Shown here piece after piece: positions 20,101 through 29,875 of a stretch of 64,000 nt of DNA. The notes under the pieces were generated by a model, which did no database searches, was not told the DNA's origin, and saw only the letters and a program-made list of their open reading frames with translations. The position numbers and the translations under genes were made by a program. Position 1 is the first letter of the stretch, and each line of letters starts with the position of its first letter. Origin of the DNA: a virus (lineage: Duplodnaviria > Caudoviricetes); IMG/VR virus record IMGVR_UViG_3300028048_000040, positions 160,001-224,000 of that record; one strand, given 5' to 3'.

Positions 20101-21716
20101 TAGACCAATTTACTATGAAGATAGATGATTTTAGTTCTCCTCCTGGTAGAACTTTAACTGTTCTTTATATCTATTCTAATTGGTATACATTGAATGCTAA
20201 TCAGAGATTAATAGTAGAATGGAAAGATGAACCAAAAGAAAAGGCAGTAAAGCAAGGTATAGTTATGCCTACTCCATTTGCTGGATATGTAGAACATGGA
20301 TGGGATTACTTTGTATCATATAATAATCGTCATGAATTAGATGAGACAAAATATGACGTGTTTAATGAGACTTTCTATACATATCCATCTTCAGATTTAG
20401 AAAAAGGTGTATATGGAGATACTATTACTTTCACATTTGTATATCTAATAAGAGAACCATGGGTTCATTCTGTAACAGAAGAAGACTTTTCTCAAGATGT
20501 AGATTTATTTTTCTGCAGAATGCCTGTATTAGATATATATTCATCTAAGTATCTAAAAGATGAATCTAATTGGTTAGCATATGATCCTGTAACATTAGCA
20601 GATGGTTGGTGGGATGGTTTCCAATATAGAGATGATTCTCATGAATATATAAAAGATAAAATATTCCATGAGAAATGGAACTATGCTAGAACTAAATACT
20701 ATTCTGTATATCAAGAATATAGTGCTAGTGCATATGCTGCATATATGGCTTTCTTCTATTCTATGCTATATGATCCAGTTCTATTAGAGAAAGAATTAAC
20801 TGTATCTGTTCCATCTCTTGGTTCTGATCATAAATTTAATCTAGCTCATTTATTTATCTTTATGACTTCTCTTACCAATGTTTACTACAATCTAGATGAT
20901 TTTACTATAGACTATGCTACAGATCAAAAGAAGATAGTAGGATTTAATTTCTCTACATCTTTGAATGATATAAAGGATTGGATGCTAGAACATCATCTAC
21001 AACCAGATCAATATGATATATGGGATTTCATCATTCCTACATCTCAAATTATGAGTATGCCAGAATTTAATACTATCTATACTACTAATATGAAAGTATA
21101 TGAAAAAGTTATAAAGAATATAGTAAATGCTGAATCTTTCAAAGAATATCAGATATGGACCTATATCAAAGAAACTTTATTTGAATGGGAATTTGATTTC
21201 TCTTATTTTAATAAGAATGATGGAACTCCAGCTAAAACATATGCAGAATATCTAGAAGATAAAGATTATGTACTATATCTTGCTCTAAATGACGTAAAGA
21301 AAATCAAGAATGAAGAAACTAGAATAGATGTAATCGTATCTTATATAGATGATATATGCTACATATTAGAAGCATATCTAGATAAAGATCTAGTAAATAA
21401 GATAGCAGATAGATTTCCTGGTAGATCTTCTCTTGAAGTGATGAAGTACATGAAATATATATTAGAATTCTTCAAATCTTATAAGATAATCTTTAGAACT
21501 TCTGGTCAGAATATGGTATTTGGTGGAGAAGATGGTTCTGAGTCTGAAGATAATGTAATTAGATTTAATGATATCATGTATTCAGTAGAAAGATTTCAAA
21601 GAGATGAATACTACACAATGATAGAGAAACCTGCTATTACGGAATCTAAAGAGATTTATGATTATGGACCATGGTTGGAAGAAGATGTGGATATAAAGGA
21701 GATTAAAACACCATGA
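17199..21716 (+). CDS. Large virion structural protein (baseplate/tail-associated) with internal beta-rich repeats
   Basis: 1505 aa, late promoter; repeated P.P/F..Y.....F.V.IG units. Confidence 0.6.
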   Translation: MSLRFTEDLLDTENPFIDLLVYNLKILAFNCVIKNEYDANEAETEESSKNSSIYIACLEDKAHIELFDIIPVGFLQQVGVPQAQIDLYINNGYDQFYIPKDIIWDFNKNEYVPSGTTYEADLKPLLQKWYIEKYENNHYEGELNNYYRKILGIPPVGDWGIPMVEYEYLFPDYFTYTGEFVHEIGPDACRTLDRLGILDIMRADYPDADYLDYVVCGITPYDARNKMDMQMLWHPSEEDLSYDNEELNVTTFRSMIEEFENKYNQNREFVQTAVYSQAMEIASTEYHSFMILYTVLITMMDILTEIQSHIVKKDILNRRCVEYILSMYGIPFYRKIPEKYQERIAKNCHRLIKYKSSTEGMENIKDIFDNKSLEIYKYYILKHRKMDSYGNYAFSESSKLICEDNDIIIHETLKETVGEPPPPQPMPTNVDYYEKYRYSGSVIDVYADGSYTSSGEDQSLTNNATNDAINNGDAPGQAEANFEAVTNGNYVERYIVWPFEYFLQKGNVMFVKIGDYILKEGQDFVIFNYNKIRINADLMTDPNAVITYEFYYDKNTVNEDFAITLDYALNMKTKMVMGTNERTYSLAPLPFPNYLIENNDIIVSVGSVWLSSDMYTIDKYAETITFTDDELDVNGREIYFILIYSKFLRSKFEKHYVEATENGQTKFFVPDPFPFYTQNENTFYLTIGNTYIAPERYEIVRSTIEGQSYVEFTDGTYFSIGRGLMFNFLYTKNAIVNKIDLLKTVIDLKVESHYQSEFDVTWPTKNYVSSGYLTFVKIFGWYLPKESFSYTNKKLLLLDESLALPKDTELQLICVYCDKDRTVDEYDNIRIGKSYYIAEEDRQKTFAFKTPVRHFDTKFNRAIVDINGTLLEDNQYSINYDPMTDDATLSITYYYTRPMKGQRVNFTFFYNQDAEYVTEMTEQHIPITSDQQDTFSLDYPFFPYLQTGQDFLVSIGATLIHKSRIHMLDQFTMKIDDFSSPPGRTLTVLYIYSNWYTLNANQRLIVEWKDEPKEKAVKQGIVMPTPFAGYVEHGWDYFVSYNNRHELDETKYDVFNETFYTYPSSDLEKGVYGDTITFTFVYLIREPWVHSVTEEDFSQDVDLFFCRMPVLDIYSSKYLKDESNWLAYDPVTLADGWWDGFQYRDDSHEYIKDKIFHEKWNYARTKYYSVYQEYSASAYAAYMAFFYSMLYDPVLLEKELTVSVPSLGSDHKFNLAHLFIFMTSLTNVYYNLDDFTIDYATDQKKIVGFNFSTSLNDIKDWMLEHHLQPDQYDIWDFIIPTSQIMSMPEFNTIYTTNMKVYEKVIKNIVNAESFKEYQIWTYIKETLFEWEFDFSYFNKNDGTPAKTYAEYLEDKDYVLYLALNDVKKIKNEETRIDVIVSYIDDICYILEAYLDKDLVNKIADRFPGRSSLEVMKYMKYILEFFKSYKIIFRTSGQNMVFGGEDGSESEDNVIRFNDIMYSVERFQRDEYYTMIEKPAITESKEIYDYGPWLEEDVDIKEIKTP

Positions 21717-22552
21717 TTAATGATAAAATAAGTTTAGGAGAAGATATATCTCTTGATAGTGCTACAGAGTATATGAGTATACAAGATGGACGTAAAGATG
21801 GATTAGATACTCTAGTTACTATTCAGGATAAAAGAACTGGAGAAGTAGTATTCAAAGGAAAGAATCGTACTATGATTTCTGGTTCTGAGTTCATGGCTTA
21901 CCATGTATTCAGACTAAATAACTTTAATTTTACTACTCCTACATATAATACTCAGATAGGATTAGATCATACAGTATCTGGTTCTCAGAATGATCTTGGT
22001 TCTAATTATGTTACTCAAGTATTCTGTGTTGGCACTTCTGGTTGTAATAGAGAATCTGCTATTTGGTATCCTGTATCTAATAAGAAATGGATTGCTCCAT
22101 CAGAATTAGTACCATTTCAATATGTTCCTAGTAATAAAGACTTAACAGCTTTACAAAGAGAAACATATTTTGGTAGAAAAGAAATGGGTAACCAATATAT
22201 TGCTTATTATTTTAAGAAATTTGATTCTAATCCTATTTATAAGAAACAATATGAAGATGGTACTCCATGGAATGCTAGTATTTTTGAAGATAATTCTGAA
22301 GCAAATGCTCAGATGAGTGTTACTACTACAATGACTATCACTAAAGATGATTGTAGAGATTACTTTATCAATACTACTGGCATTAATGATGGTAGATTTA
22401 ATTGTCTATCTCTATGCTTAGCATGGACTGATGTATTTGATGGGTTTACATATTATCAAGATATTAGACCACTCACTAGAATCAACTTCCCAAATAAATT
22501 CTTAAATGATCTTACTAGTGAATGGTTAGTAACTTATCATATCTACTTCTAA
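21713..22552 (+). CDS. Virion structural protein
   Basis: Coupled to the preceding late gene; beta-rich. Confidence 0.55.
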   Translation: MINDKISLGEDISLDSATEYMSIQDGRKDGLDTLVTIQDKRTGEVVFKGKNRTMISGSEFMAYHVFRLNNFNFTTPTYNTQIGLDHTVSGSQNDLGSNYVTQVFCVGTSGCNRESAIWYPVSNKKWIAPSELVPFQYVPSNKDLTALQRETYFGRKEMGNQYIAYYFKKFDSNPIYKKQYEDGTPWNASIFEDNSEANAQMSVTTTMTITKDDCRDYFINTTGINDGRFNCLSLCLAWTDVFDGFTYYQDIRPLTRINFPNKFLNDLTSEWLVTYHIYF

Positions 22553-22576
22553 TTTCTTACTTAACCAACATAAAGT

Positions 22577-22705
22577 AATGAAATAGAAGTGGTTACTCCA
22601 CTGCTATTTTTAGCATAATATTGATAATAATACAAATTGATAATTCATTTTCTCTCCTTCTAGAATAATTCTAACCCTGGAGTCTATTGACTCCAGGGTG
22701 GTTTT
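22577..22705 (+). ncRNA. Candidate sRNA with anti-RBS tract
   Basis: No ORF; 5' hairpin; TTCATTTTCTCTCCTTCT; terminator 22674-22699. Confidence 0.4.
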
Positions 22706-22762
22706 ATGTCAAAAACAATCATATAAGATAAGTTTCTATATTATATAGAAGGAGAATGAAAT

Positions 22763-24007
22763 ATGATAAAACAACCTAAGCGTCAAGCTAAGTTTATTAC
22801 GGATCAGAAAGATTTAAATTATCTATTTTCTCTTAATGAAGATTTAGCATGTAGAACATCTACCATGATGGAATGTTTCGGTAAATTTGGAGATAAGAGA
22901 AGATTTAATCCATATGATATTATATCTGTGCCTCCTAATACATTTGGTATAGAAGGTCATAAGAATAAGAAAGGATTCATGACTACTGTAGGACTATGGG
23001 TATTTAATAAAGCCTTTACAGAGTGTGGAGTATTTCCTATAACTGGATATGTGAATGATACTATAGGAAAGAAATTGTTTAAGAAACTCAATAAGCAGAT
23101 ATCTTATGCTGTAATGGAAGAAAGATTAGATATAGAAGAGCTTAAGAAGTATACTCTAAAATCACAAAAGTTCCAGCCATATTGTAATATCTTATCTCCT
23201 TCTCTTTCTGAAGGACTATTAGGCATGTCTGCAGAAATAAAGAAAGAGAAAGAAGCTCTTATCAAACAAAATCCAGATATATTAAAAGGAGAACCAGATC
23301 CTGTAGCAATACAAAGTATAGAAAACAAGTTGATCAAATCAATAGATGAAAAACTAAAAGATGATCCATCTGCGGATATACTAGAATCTTCTGTTGGTGC
23401 TGATAAGGGAAATAACCTAAAGAATATGTTTGTTATGAAAGGTGCATCTAAACTAGCAGATCAATCTAGAGGTAAGTATTCTATCATCACTAGTAACTAT
23501 ATGGATGGTTCTTCTAAAGAAGAATATGCTGATTTCTGTGAAACACTAACTTTAGGGCCATTCTCTCGTGCTAATAAAACAATGGTTGGTGGTTACTGGG
23601 AGAAGCTATTTGTTAAAGGATTAGAACATCTTTCTATTCAGTTTGATGAAGATTGCCATACCAAAAAATATAAGACAGTAGAACTTACTGGAGATAATAT
23701 AGATATATGGATGTATTCTAATATAATAGAAGGTGGAAGACTTGTAGAGCTTAATCCATCTAATATGAATAAGTATATAGGTAAAACTCTTAAATTTAGA
23801 TTTAGTGGATTTTGTGAATGTGACCATGGTATATGTGAAGCATGTGCAGGATCTCTATTTAGAAAGCTTAAGCTTAAGAATGTAGGTGTAGTATCATATA
23901 AGCTTTGTTCCGACCTCAAAAATTTAGCAATGAAGAATTTTCATGATTCCGTTGTGAGATCTTCTCATATGCAAGACTATGGGTTTAAAAAGATATTCGG
24001 ATTATAA
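22763..24007 (+). CDS. Phage RNA polymerase beta' C-terminal subunit, probably virion RNAP
   Basis: Bridge-helix-like RANKTMVGGYWEK, Zn site EDC...CECDHGICEAC, trigger-loop-like LAMKNFHD; late promoter 22714. Confidence 0.8.
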   Translation: MIKQPKRQAKFITDQKDLNYLFSLNEDLACRTSTMMECFGKFGDKRRFNPYDIISVPPNTFGIEGHKNKKGFMTTVGLWVFNKAFTECGVFPITGYVNDTIGKKLFKKLNKQISYAVMEERLDIEELKKYTLKSQKFQPYCNILSPSLSEGLLGMSAEIKKEKEALIKQNPDILKGEPDPVAIQSIENKLIKSIDEKLKDDPSADILESSVGADKGNNLKNMFVMKGASKLADQSRGKYSIITSNYMDGSSKEEYADFCETLTLGPFSRANKTMVGGYWEKLFVKGLEHLSIQFDEDCHTKKYKTVELTGDNIDIWMYSNIIEGGRLVELNPSNMNKYIGKTLKFRFSGFCECDHGICEACAGSLFRKLKLKNVGVVSYKLCSDLKNLAMKNFHDSVVRSSHMQDYGFKKIFGL

Positions 24008-24085
24008 TGATATTCCCTAGGGTTTTAAAACCCTAGGGAATTAATTTTTATTATGAATAATACTATTATATAATCAAATTATTTA

Positions 24086-24724
24086 ATGAATCATTATTTG
24101 GAGGGGATATTTATGTTTACTAGTTCTAATTATTCATTTGAAATGGCTGATAAAGTATGTATGTTGTTAGCAGTTAATAAAACACCTCAAGAAATTCAAT
24201 ATATATTATCAGGACAATTGCCTTATGATCCAAATTTTAATGCATTCTGTACTCGACTTCGTAATAGACTTGCTTTTAAACAGCTAGGTGATAAATATAG
24301 ATTAAAACCTTTGTATACTAATTTTGAAGAGGGATTTATAATTTCAGTATGTAAACTTCTTGTGCAAAATAAATCAACTCAAGAAATAGCCACTATATTA
24401 GGAGTTCCAATGGATACAAGAATAAGCAATCTTTGTAGTAATCTTAAGAGACGTAATATTATATATAAAAAGTATACTGATATGTTTCCAAATATACCAT
24501 ATGCAGAAACTAGAAATTGTACAGAGATAACAATGGAACAAATGGAAGAAATATTTAAATTAAAGAAAGAGGGTCATAATGTAACTGAAATTGCAGATAT
24601 TCTTGGACCCACTAATCCAAACATTAATAGAACTAAAATATATGGATTGATTTCTAGACTGAAAAAGAATCCAAATGCTAAAGGAAGAGATCTTGCTATC
24701 AAGTATGGTATAATTGAAGGATAA
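24086..24724 (+). CDS. Protein with three HTH-like repeats
   Basis: KTPQEIQYILS, KSTQEIATILG, HNVTEIADILG. Confidence 0.6.
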   Translation: MNHYLEGIFMFTSSNYSFEMADKVCMLLAVNKTPQEIQYILSGQLPYDPNFNAFCTRLRNRLAFKQLGDKYRLKPLYTNFEEGFIISVCKLLVQNKSTQEIATILGVPMDTRISNLCSNLKRRNIIYKKYTDMFPNIPYAETRNCTEITMEQMEEIFKLKKEGHNVTEIADILGPTNPNINRTKIYGLISRLKKNPNAKGRDLAIKYGIIEG

Positions 24725-24734
24725 TATATAAGAA

Positions 24735-24925
24735 ATGATAAGTCGACACTTGCGTCGACTTATCATGATTATTATTTCAAAGATTAATTTGCCATCTGTG
24801 GCAAATTATATTAAGTATTTCAAACATATATTATATAAATGAGGAATATAATAAGTGGACACCAATGTCCACTTATTTATCTGAAAGTGCAGTAAACACA
24901 AAATTGGACACGAGTGTCCAATTTT
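24735..24925. repeat. Cluster of four palindromes with CAC-NN-GTG-like cores
   Basis: 24735-24766, 24785-24808, 24850-24877, 24900-24925. Confidence 0.75.
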
Positions 24926-24963
24926 TCAGGCATATACTATATACATGAAGGGAGTGATTAGAA

Positions 24964-25215
24964 ATGGATTATAAAGTATCCATTAAAGGCAATTACGGAC
25001 CTGTAAGAGAAAAGAACTTCCTACAGGTATTTGTAGAGAACAAGAATAAGACTGTTAGAACTGAAAAGTTCGGACTGGAGCCTGGGACATCTGCTTTGGC
25101 AAAACAGATGAACCATAATATCTGGAAAAAGGCAGCCAACTCCATACAAACCTTCAAGAAAGAATTCGATGAAGGCGTATGGGATAATAAGGAATTTTAT
25201 AACCGTGTGGTGTAA
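24964..25215 (+). CDS. Hypothetical protein
   Basis: GGGAG RBS, early promoter 24931. Confidence 0.7.
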   Translation: MDYKVSIKGNYGPVREKNFLQVFVENKNKTVRTEKFGLEPGTSALAKQMNHNIWKKAANSIQTFKKEFDEGVWDNKEFYNRVV

Positions 25216-25376
25216 ACCACAACGGTTATACTAGAAAGACATCCTTTATGGATGTCTTTTTTTATTTTGATTAGTACTACTCTATTAAGGAGGTGAGGTA
25301 AATGTAAAATGAAAAATCTCTGTGTATCCATATATTGGATACACTAATTTCAGTCTAATTAATAGAAGGGAGAGAA

Positions 25377-26975
25377 ATGTTAATGAGTGATCAGCAACTT
25401 CCAAGCTTTAAGGTTCATCTCAATTATCCTAATAATGAAGAGTATGATTACTTTACTAAACTGGAAAGGATTAACTTGGACAAAGAGTGCGACAAAGATC
25501 TCAGTCTGAATCATGGATTTATTATTCTAGAGAATCAGAATTTGTCTAAGGCTCTAAAAAGTGACACGTCTATCTTCTCTACCAAGTTCGGTAGATCATT
25601 GCAGGACAAAGATCCATATATCAATAGATACTCTTGTAAGTGTGGATATACACAAGGATCTTTTAAATCTGTTCCTGATGATGCTAACTTCAATTGTCCT
25701 ATATGCCATACTCCAGTTAAGTTAGTAGGTGATGACTTTACTTACTTTGGTTGGATTAAATTGAAAGATGAGTATTGTGTTATTCATCCTTTAATGTACA
25801 AATCACTTGAATCTCTTATTGGTGCTGGTAATTTGGCTGCTATTATTGAACCAGAAGTGGAGCTGGATGGTAATGGTAAACCAATGTCTAATTATGATAA
25901 GAGAATCTTTAAGAAACAAAATGCAAGAGCATTTAAGAAGAAAGGAAAGATTGACCAAACATATGCTGGTATAGGAATGCTGGAATTTAGGGATAGATTC
26001 CAAGAAATCATAGACTATTTCTATAGTAAGAAACCTGCTAAGAAAGATGTGTATGATGATATCATGGAAAATAAAGATATTGTCTTTACTCATTCTATTC
26101 CAGTATATACTACTCAGTTACGAATAGCAAAAGTAGAGAATAAGAGATTTACATTTGAATCTACTAATGCGGATTTCAACTTATTAGCTAAACTTGCTGC
26201 TCAAGTTAATAAGGACAATCTTTATATCTATCGTAATAGAAAGTATCAGAATCAGTTACTCTGGGATATGCAGTCTAAGATATCTCATCTTACTACAGAG
26301 ATAATTAATATCTTAGCAGGTAAGAAAGGTATTATCAGATCTACAATATCTGGTAGAATTGCATTCACCTCTAGAACTGTTATTACTCCTGGTGCTAAAT
26401 TGCATATGGACGAAATAGAAATGCCATATTTTGCTCTTTGCATCTTGCTTGAACAGGTTATAATCAATGTTCTTCAAAAGAGTTACAATATAACCTATGC
26501 TAAAGCATACAAAATTTGGTATTATGCTCATATGCAGGAAGATCCTAGAGTAAGAGCTATAATAGAGAATCTTATAGCAGCAGGAAAAGTTTCTGGGTTG
26601 CTGAATAGAAATCCAACTATAGCATATGAGTCCATAATATATGTGAGAGTAGTAAAATGTATTGATGGATTTGCCTTAAAATTATCAGATTTTATAATTT
26701 CTGGCTGCGGTGGCGATTTCGATGGAGACACTCTTAACTTCCTTATGATATATAATGAAAATTTCCGTAAAGAATGTGAAAGAATATATTCTCCTAGAAA
26801 TGCTTTCTGTATATCTAGAGATGATGGTATGCTAAACCATAACGTCAATATATTTAAAGACACAATGATCAATATAAATACTATGGTAGATCTCTGTAGA
26901 GAAAACTATAGTGAAGATCAATTAGCTAAAATCAAAGCGTTAAAAGAAAAGTATAGAGGTAAAATGGTATGTTAA
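25377..26975 (+). CDS. Phage RNA polymerase beta' N-terminal catalytic subunit, probably non-virion RNAP
   Basis: Zn ribbon CKCG...CPIC, GKKGIIR, GRIAFTSR, LNRNPT, catalytic GDFDGD. Confidence 0.9.
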   Translation: MLMSDQQLPSFKVHLNYPNNEEYDYFTKLERINLDKECDKDLSLNHGFIILENQNLSKALKSDTSIFSTKFGRSLQDKDPYINRYSCKCGYTQGSFKSVPDDANFNCPICHTPVKLVGDDFTYFGWIKLKDEYCVIHPLMYKSLESLIGAGNLAAIIEPEVELDGNGKPMSNYDKRIFKKQNARAFKKKGKIDQTYAGIGMLEFRDRFQEIIDYFYSKKPAKKDVYDDIMENKDIVFTHSIPVYTTQLRIAKVENKRFTFESTNADFNLLAKLAAQVNKDNLYIYRNRKYQNQLLWDMQSKISHLTTEIINILAGKKGIIRSTISGRIAFTSRTVITPGAKLHMDEIEMPYFALCILLEQVIINVLQKSYNITYAKAYKIWYYAHMQEDPRVRAIIENLIAAGKVSGLLNRNPTIAYESIIYVRVVKCIDGFALKLSDFIISGCGGDFDGDTLNFLMIYNENFRKECERIYSPRNAFCISRDDGMLNHNVNIFKDTMININTMVDLCRENYSEDQLAKIKALKEKYRGKMVC

Positions 26976-27211
26976 ATGAATCAATAAAGAAACAGATACG
27001 GTGGAAAAACTTAATTCATGGCGGAAAAGTACCTGATGATATAGTATGGGTGTATCTTGACCATTTAGAGGACCGTCATTTGCAGTATCTGTTATATGAT
27101 AATTACATGTATCATCTAGATGATGGTCGTCGGTATATGTATTATTTCAGCGAATCAAAAGATATGGGTTTTGTAGTCAAAGTAAATAAAAAAGAGGGCA
27201 ACAATCAATGA
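26969..27211 (+). CDS. Hypothetical protein
   Basis: Overlaps the RNAP stop; RBS present. Confidence 0.6.
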   Translation: MLNESIKKQIRWKNLIHGGKVPDDIVWVYLDHLEDRHLQYLLYDNYMYHLDDGRRYMYYFSESKDMGFVVKVNKKEGNNQ

Positions 27212-27570
27212 GTGAAATGAATTTTGGGAATGCTAGTAAGTATATTATGGGTAATTGTATAGATACCTTTGAGGAAACTGTACTCTTTGAACTGGGTGTA
27301 GAATACACTAAGAAAGAGTATACTGAAGTTGATGAAAATGCTAAGATGGTCATAATAGACTTTAAGACTGATCATTCTACATTATACTTTAGTGGTAAAA
27401 TTAAAGAGGCTACTCTTGATCAAATGAAAGAATTTATTCAAGCTTACTTCAACGACTGTAGAAAAATACAGAATGTGCTAACTGAGGATAGTTCTGCGCA
27501 TTTTGAAGTACAAAGTAAAGATAAGAGTATGTATATCTCTTATTCTTCAAATAGTCTTGATTTAGATTAA
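27208..27570 (+). CDS. Hypothetical protein, paralog family B
   Basis: Weakly similar layout to 27620 and 28451. Confidence 0.65.
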   Translation: MSEMNFGNASKYIMGNCIDTFEETVLFELGVEYTKKEYTEVDENAKMVIIDFKTDHSTLYFSGKIKEATLDQMKEFIQAYFNDCRKIQNVLTEDSSAHFEVQSKDKSMYISYSSNSLDLD

Positions 27571-27619
27571 ATCACAGTTAATTCTATCTCCTAGGGATAT
27601 CCCTAGGAGATATTTTATA

Positions 27620-28021
27620 ATGGAGGAAAGTAAAATGATTACTAAAGTAAGAAACTCTCTTAAACTTAACATTGTTTTCATTGATGAAATCAATGATAAA
27701 AATCCTTGGTTAATCAAAGGTACAATTAAAAAAGCTATCGGCGATTTCTATATATTAGGATCTGAAAAGGTTAAAGAGGATAAACCATCTAGAAAAGTAG
27801 ATCCTTTTAAAATAGAATTTATCATGAAAAAAGCTATACTTACATTAAACTTATATGATACTCCAATGGAGTATGACAGTATAATGGAAATGGCTGATAA
27901 ATTCTTAGATGATATAGCTGAGCATTATAAAAGTAAAACAAAAGGTGGAATTATATGTAAAGATTATACTGGTAAACTTGTAGCAGAATATGTTACATTT
28001 AGTGTTTATCATGCCCATTAA
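27620..28021 (+). CDS. Hypothetical protein, paralog family B
   Basis: GGAGG RBS; true start probably a few codons in (MITKV). Confidence 0.65.
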   Translation: MEESKMITKVRNSLKLNIVFIDEINDKNPWLIKGTIKKAIGDFYILGSEKVKEDKPSRKVDPFKIEFIMKKAILTLNLYDTPMEYDSIMEMADKFLDDIAEHYKSKTKGGIICKDYTGKLVAEYVTFSVYHAH

Positions 28022-28043
28022 TCAATATTAGGAGGAATTTAAA

Positions 28044-28448
28044 ATGGAAATCAAAACTGCAAAGGAAATTAGAAAAGCTATGAAAGATAAATTTGAAAAT
28101 AATGATCAGCTTGCTTTTGAAACTATTTGTGATAGTATAATGAAAAAGATAGAGGTGTCGGCATTAACAAATGCTCGCTTCTTTACTGTATATGATTTTG
28201 AAAAACAATTAGACTATCTTGAACTCTCGTCATCAATTAAAGAAACAGATGAAAAAGTGATTGGATATTTAAAATTTATAATCAATTCCTATAAAAGTAA
28301 ATCAGATAAAGAGTTATATAATGCTTTTGAATCTCAAATAGTAAATCTTCTTATAGTAAAAGGATATACTGTTGAGAAAGAAGAAGGACTTTTAAATAGA
28401 TTCAAAATTACTATTAGATGGGATAAAGAAGTAGATGAGGGAAATTAA
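28044..28448 (+). CDS. Hypothetical protein, paralog family A
   Basis: TAKEIRK...KGYTV...ITIRWD. Confidence 0.7.
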   Translation: MEIKTAKEIRKAMKDKFENNDQLAFETICDSIMKKIEVSALTNARFFTVYDFEKQLDYLELSSSIKETDEKVIGYLKFIINSYKSKSDKELYNAFESQIVNLLIVKGYTVEKEEGLLNRFKITIRWDKEVDEGN

Positions 28449-28450
28449 TA

Positions 28451-28786
28451 ATGGCTGCTTATCAAATACTTTTAAGAAACGTAGATTTTATCATTAATGA
28501 GAATGGTATTGTTGATAAGAGATTGCTTAAGAAAGCATTTGATAATAGAATAGTGTTTGATAATAAACGTCAATCATCAACCAATACTATTCAAATTCAA
28601 GCAAAGCAATCTGAGATAATGATTACTTATAACAAAGATATCTTATACAATGATCTCATCTCATTCTATAATGGGTTTATATCTAACTGTGTTAGATTAG
28701 CTCATGAACTTGATACTCCATTTATAACTGTAGATGTATTCTCAGTTGATGGTAAGTTATCTGCCTTTTATAGATCACATAGATGA
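28451..28786 (+). CDS. Hypothetical protein, paralog family B
   Basis: GAGGG RBS. Confidence 0.65.
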   Translation: MAAYQILLRNVDFIINENGIVDKRLLKKAFDNRIVFDNKRQSSTNTIQIQAKQSEIMITYNKDILYNDLISFYNGFISNCVRLAHELDTPFITVDVFSVDGKLSAFYRSHR

Positions 28787-28801
28787 TATGGAGGAATAAA
28801 A

Positions 28802-29176
28802 ATGATTGACAAGAAAACTGCTAAAACATGGTCTGATATGGCTAAAGAACAATTGGAAAAGAATTGGAAGATTAATGTTATTACCAAAGCAAAAGTAAAA
28901 ACTCCAATAGATTTATTGGATGCTGTTACTAAATATATTGATAAGAAGATTGTTGGTTATGCCAAAGTTACTGGTAATACATCCGTTTCTATTAATCTAG
29001 ATAAGATTAGAAAGAGTATTACTGCTAATGAAAATGCACTTACAGTATTAGGAAAGAATAATCTTACTATAGATTCTTATGTAAATAAAACTATAGTAGA
29101 AATGCTTAGAGATAATGATTTTAACGTCACTGAGCTCATGTCTGAAGATAAGCTTATTGTTGATTGGACTAAGTAA
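28802..29176 (+). CDS. Hypothetical protein, paralog family A
   Basis: TAKTWSD...NDFNV...LIVDWT. Confidence 0.7.
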   Translation: MIDKKTAKTWSDMAKEQLEKNWKINVITKAKVKTPIDLLDAVTKYIDKKIVGYAKVTGNTSVSINLDKIRKSITANENALTVLGKNNLTIDSYVNKTIVEMLRDNDFNVTELMSEDKLIVDWTK

Positions 29177-29264
29177 ACTTTGATATAAGTATATACTATT
29201 TAAGTGTAGGTGTCTTATGACACCTACACTAATTTGTTTTATGAGATAGAAAGGAAGAGATAAA

Positions 29265-29681
29265 ATGCAAAATTCACCAGTAGATGATTACAGTGCACAA
29301 GATTTCAAAGATTTATCAGAAAGATGTATAAGCGAAGAAAAGAAGGATAAGATAACTAACCAATGTATATTGTCTAAGCTCATAAGTGATATACGATTTG
29401 AAGTCGCTATCAATAGTTTTGATGGTTTTACTAGCTGTAATGTATGTGTTAGTCACAATATACTACCAGCACCAAAAGAAGTATTGGAAGAAGTGATGGG
29501 TTATATTAAGAATTACTTCGAGGTTCTGGACTTTGATGTTACTATTAAAGATAATATAATATCTCTTGATTGGTCCAATGCAAATGAAGAAGATATGGAT
29601 AATGTAAGATATCAGAATATGCATAAACAAGGTAAAAAACAGCATGCTCCGAGAAAACATAATTTGAAGGTGATAAAATGA
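29265..29681 (+). CDS. Hypothetical protein, paralog family A
   Basis: SAQDFKD...LDFDV...ISLDWS; early promoter 29190. Confidence 0.7.
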   Translation: MQNSPVDDYSAQDFKDLSERCISEEKKDKITNQCILSKLISDIRFEVAINSFDGFTSCNVCVSHNILPAPKEVLEEVMGYIKNYFEVLDFDVTIKDNIISLDWSNANEEDMDNVRYQNMHKQGKKQHAPRKHNLKVIK

Positions 29682-29875
29682 GAAGAAAAAAGAAAAATAC
29701 CAATATAGATTATTCTTCTATAGCTAGAAAATCAAATCCTGCATTCTGGAATTACTCAATTGGTGATTCTAAATCACAATATACTGAAAAGTGCTATAAC
29801 GGTAGTCCATTGATTGAAAACAAATGCCATATCAATTTTAAAGATATCAAAAGAAAGAATATGATGGTAGTATGA
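29678..29875 (+). CDS. Hypothetical protein
   Basis: ATGA overlaps on both sides. Confidence 0.55.
   Translation: MRRKKKNTNIDYSSIARKSNPAFWNYSIGDSKSQYTEKCYNGSPLIENKCHINFKDIKRKNMMVV

Noticed and set aside
26700-26730. GGDFDGD instead of NADFDGD as a sign of an inactive RNAP
   Set aside because: All three catalytic Asp are present; divergent phage RNAPs vary before DFDGD.
22763-26975. Group I introns or inteins in RNAP genes, as in AR9
   Set aside because: Both ORFs are continuous with motifs in order; no intein termini seen.
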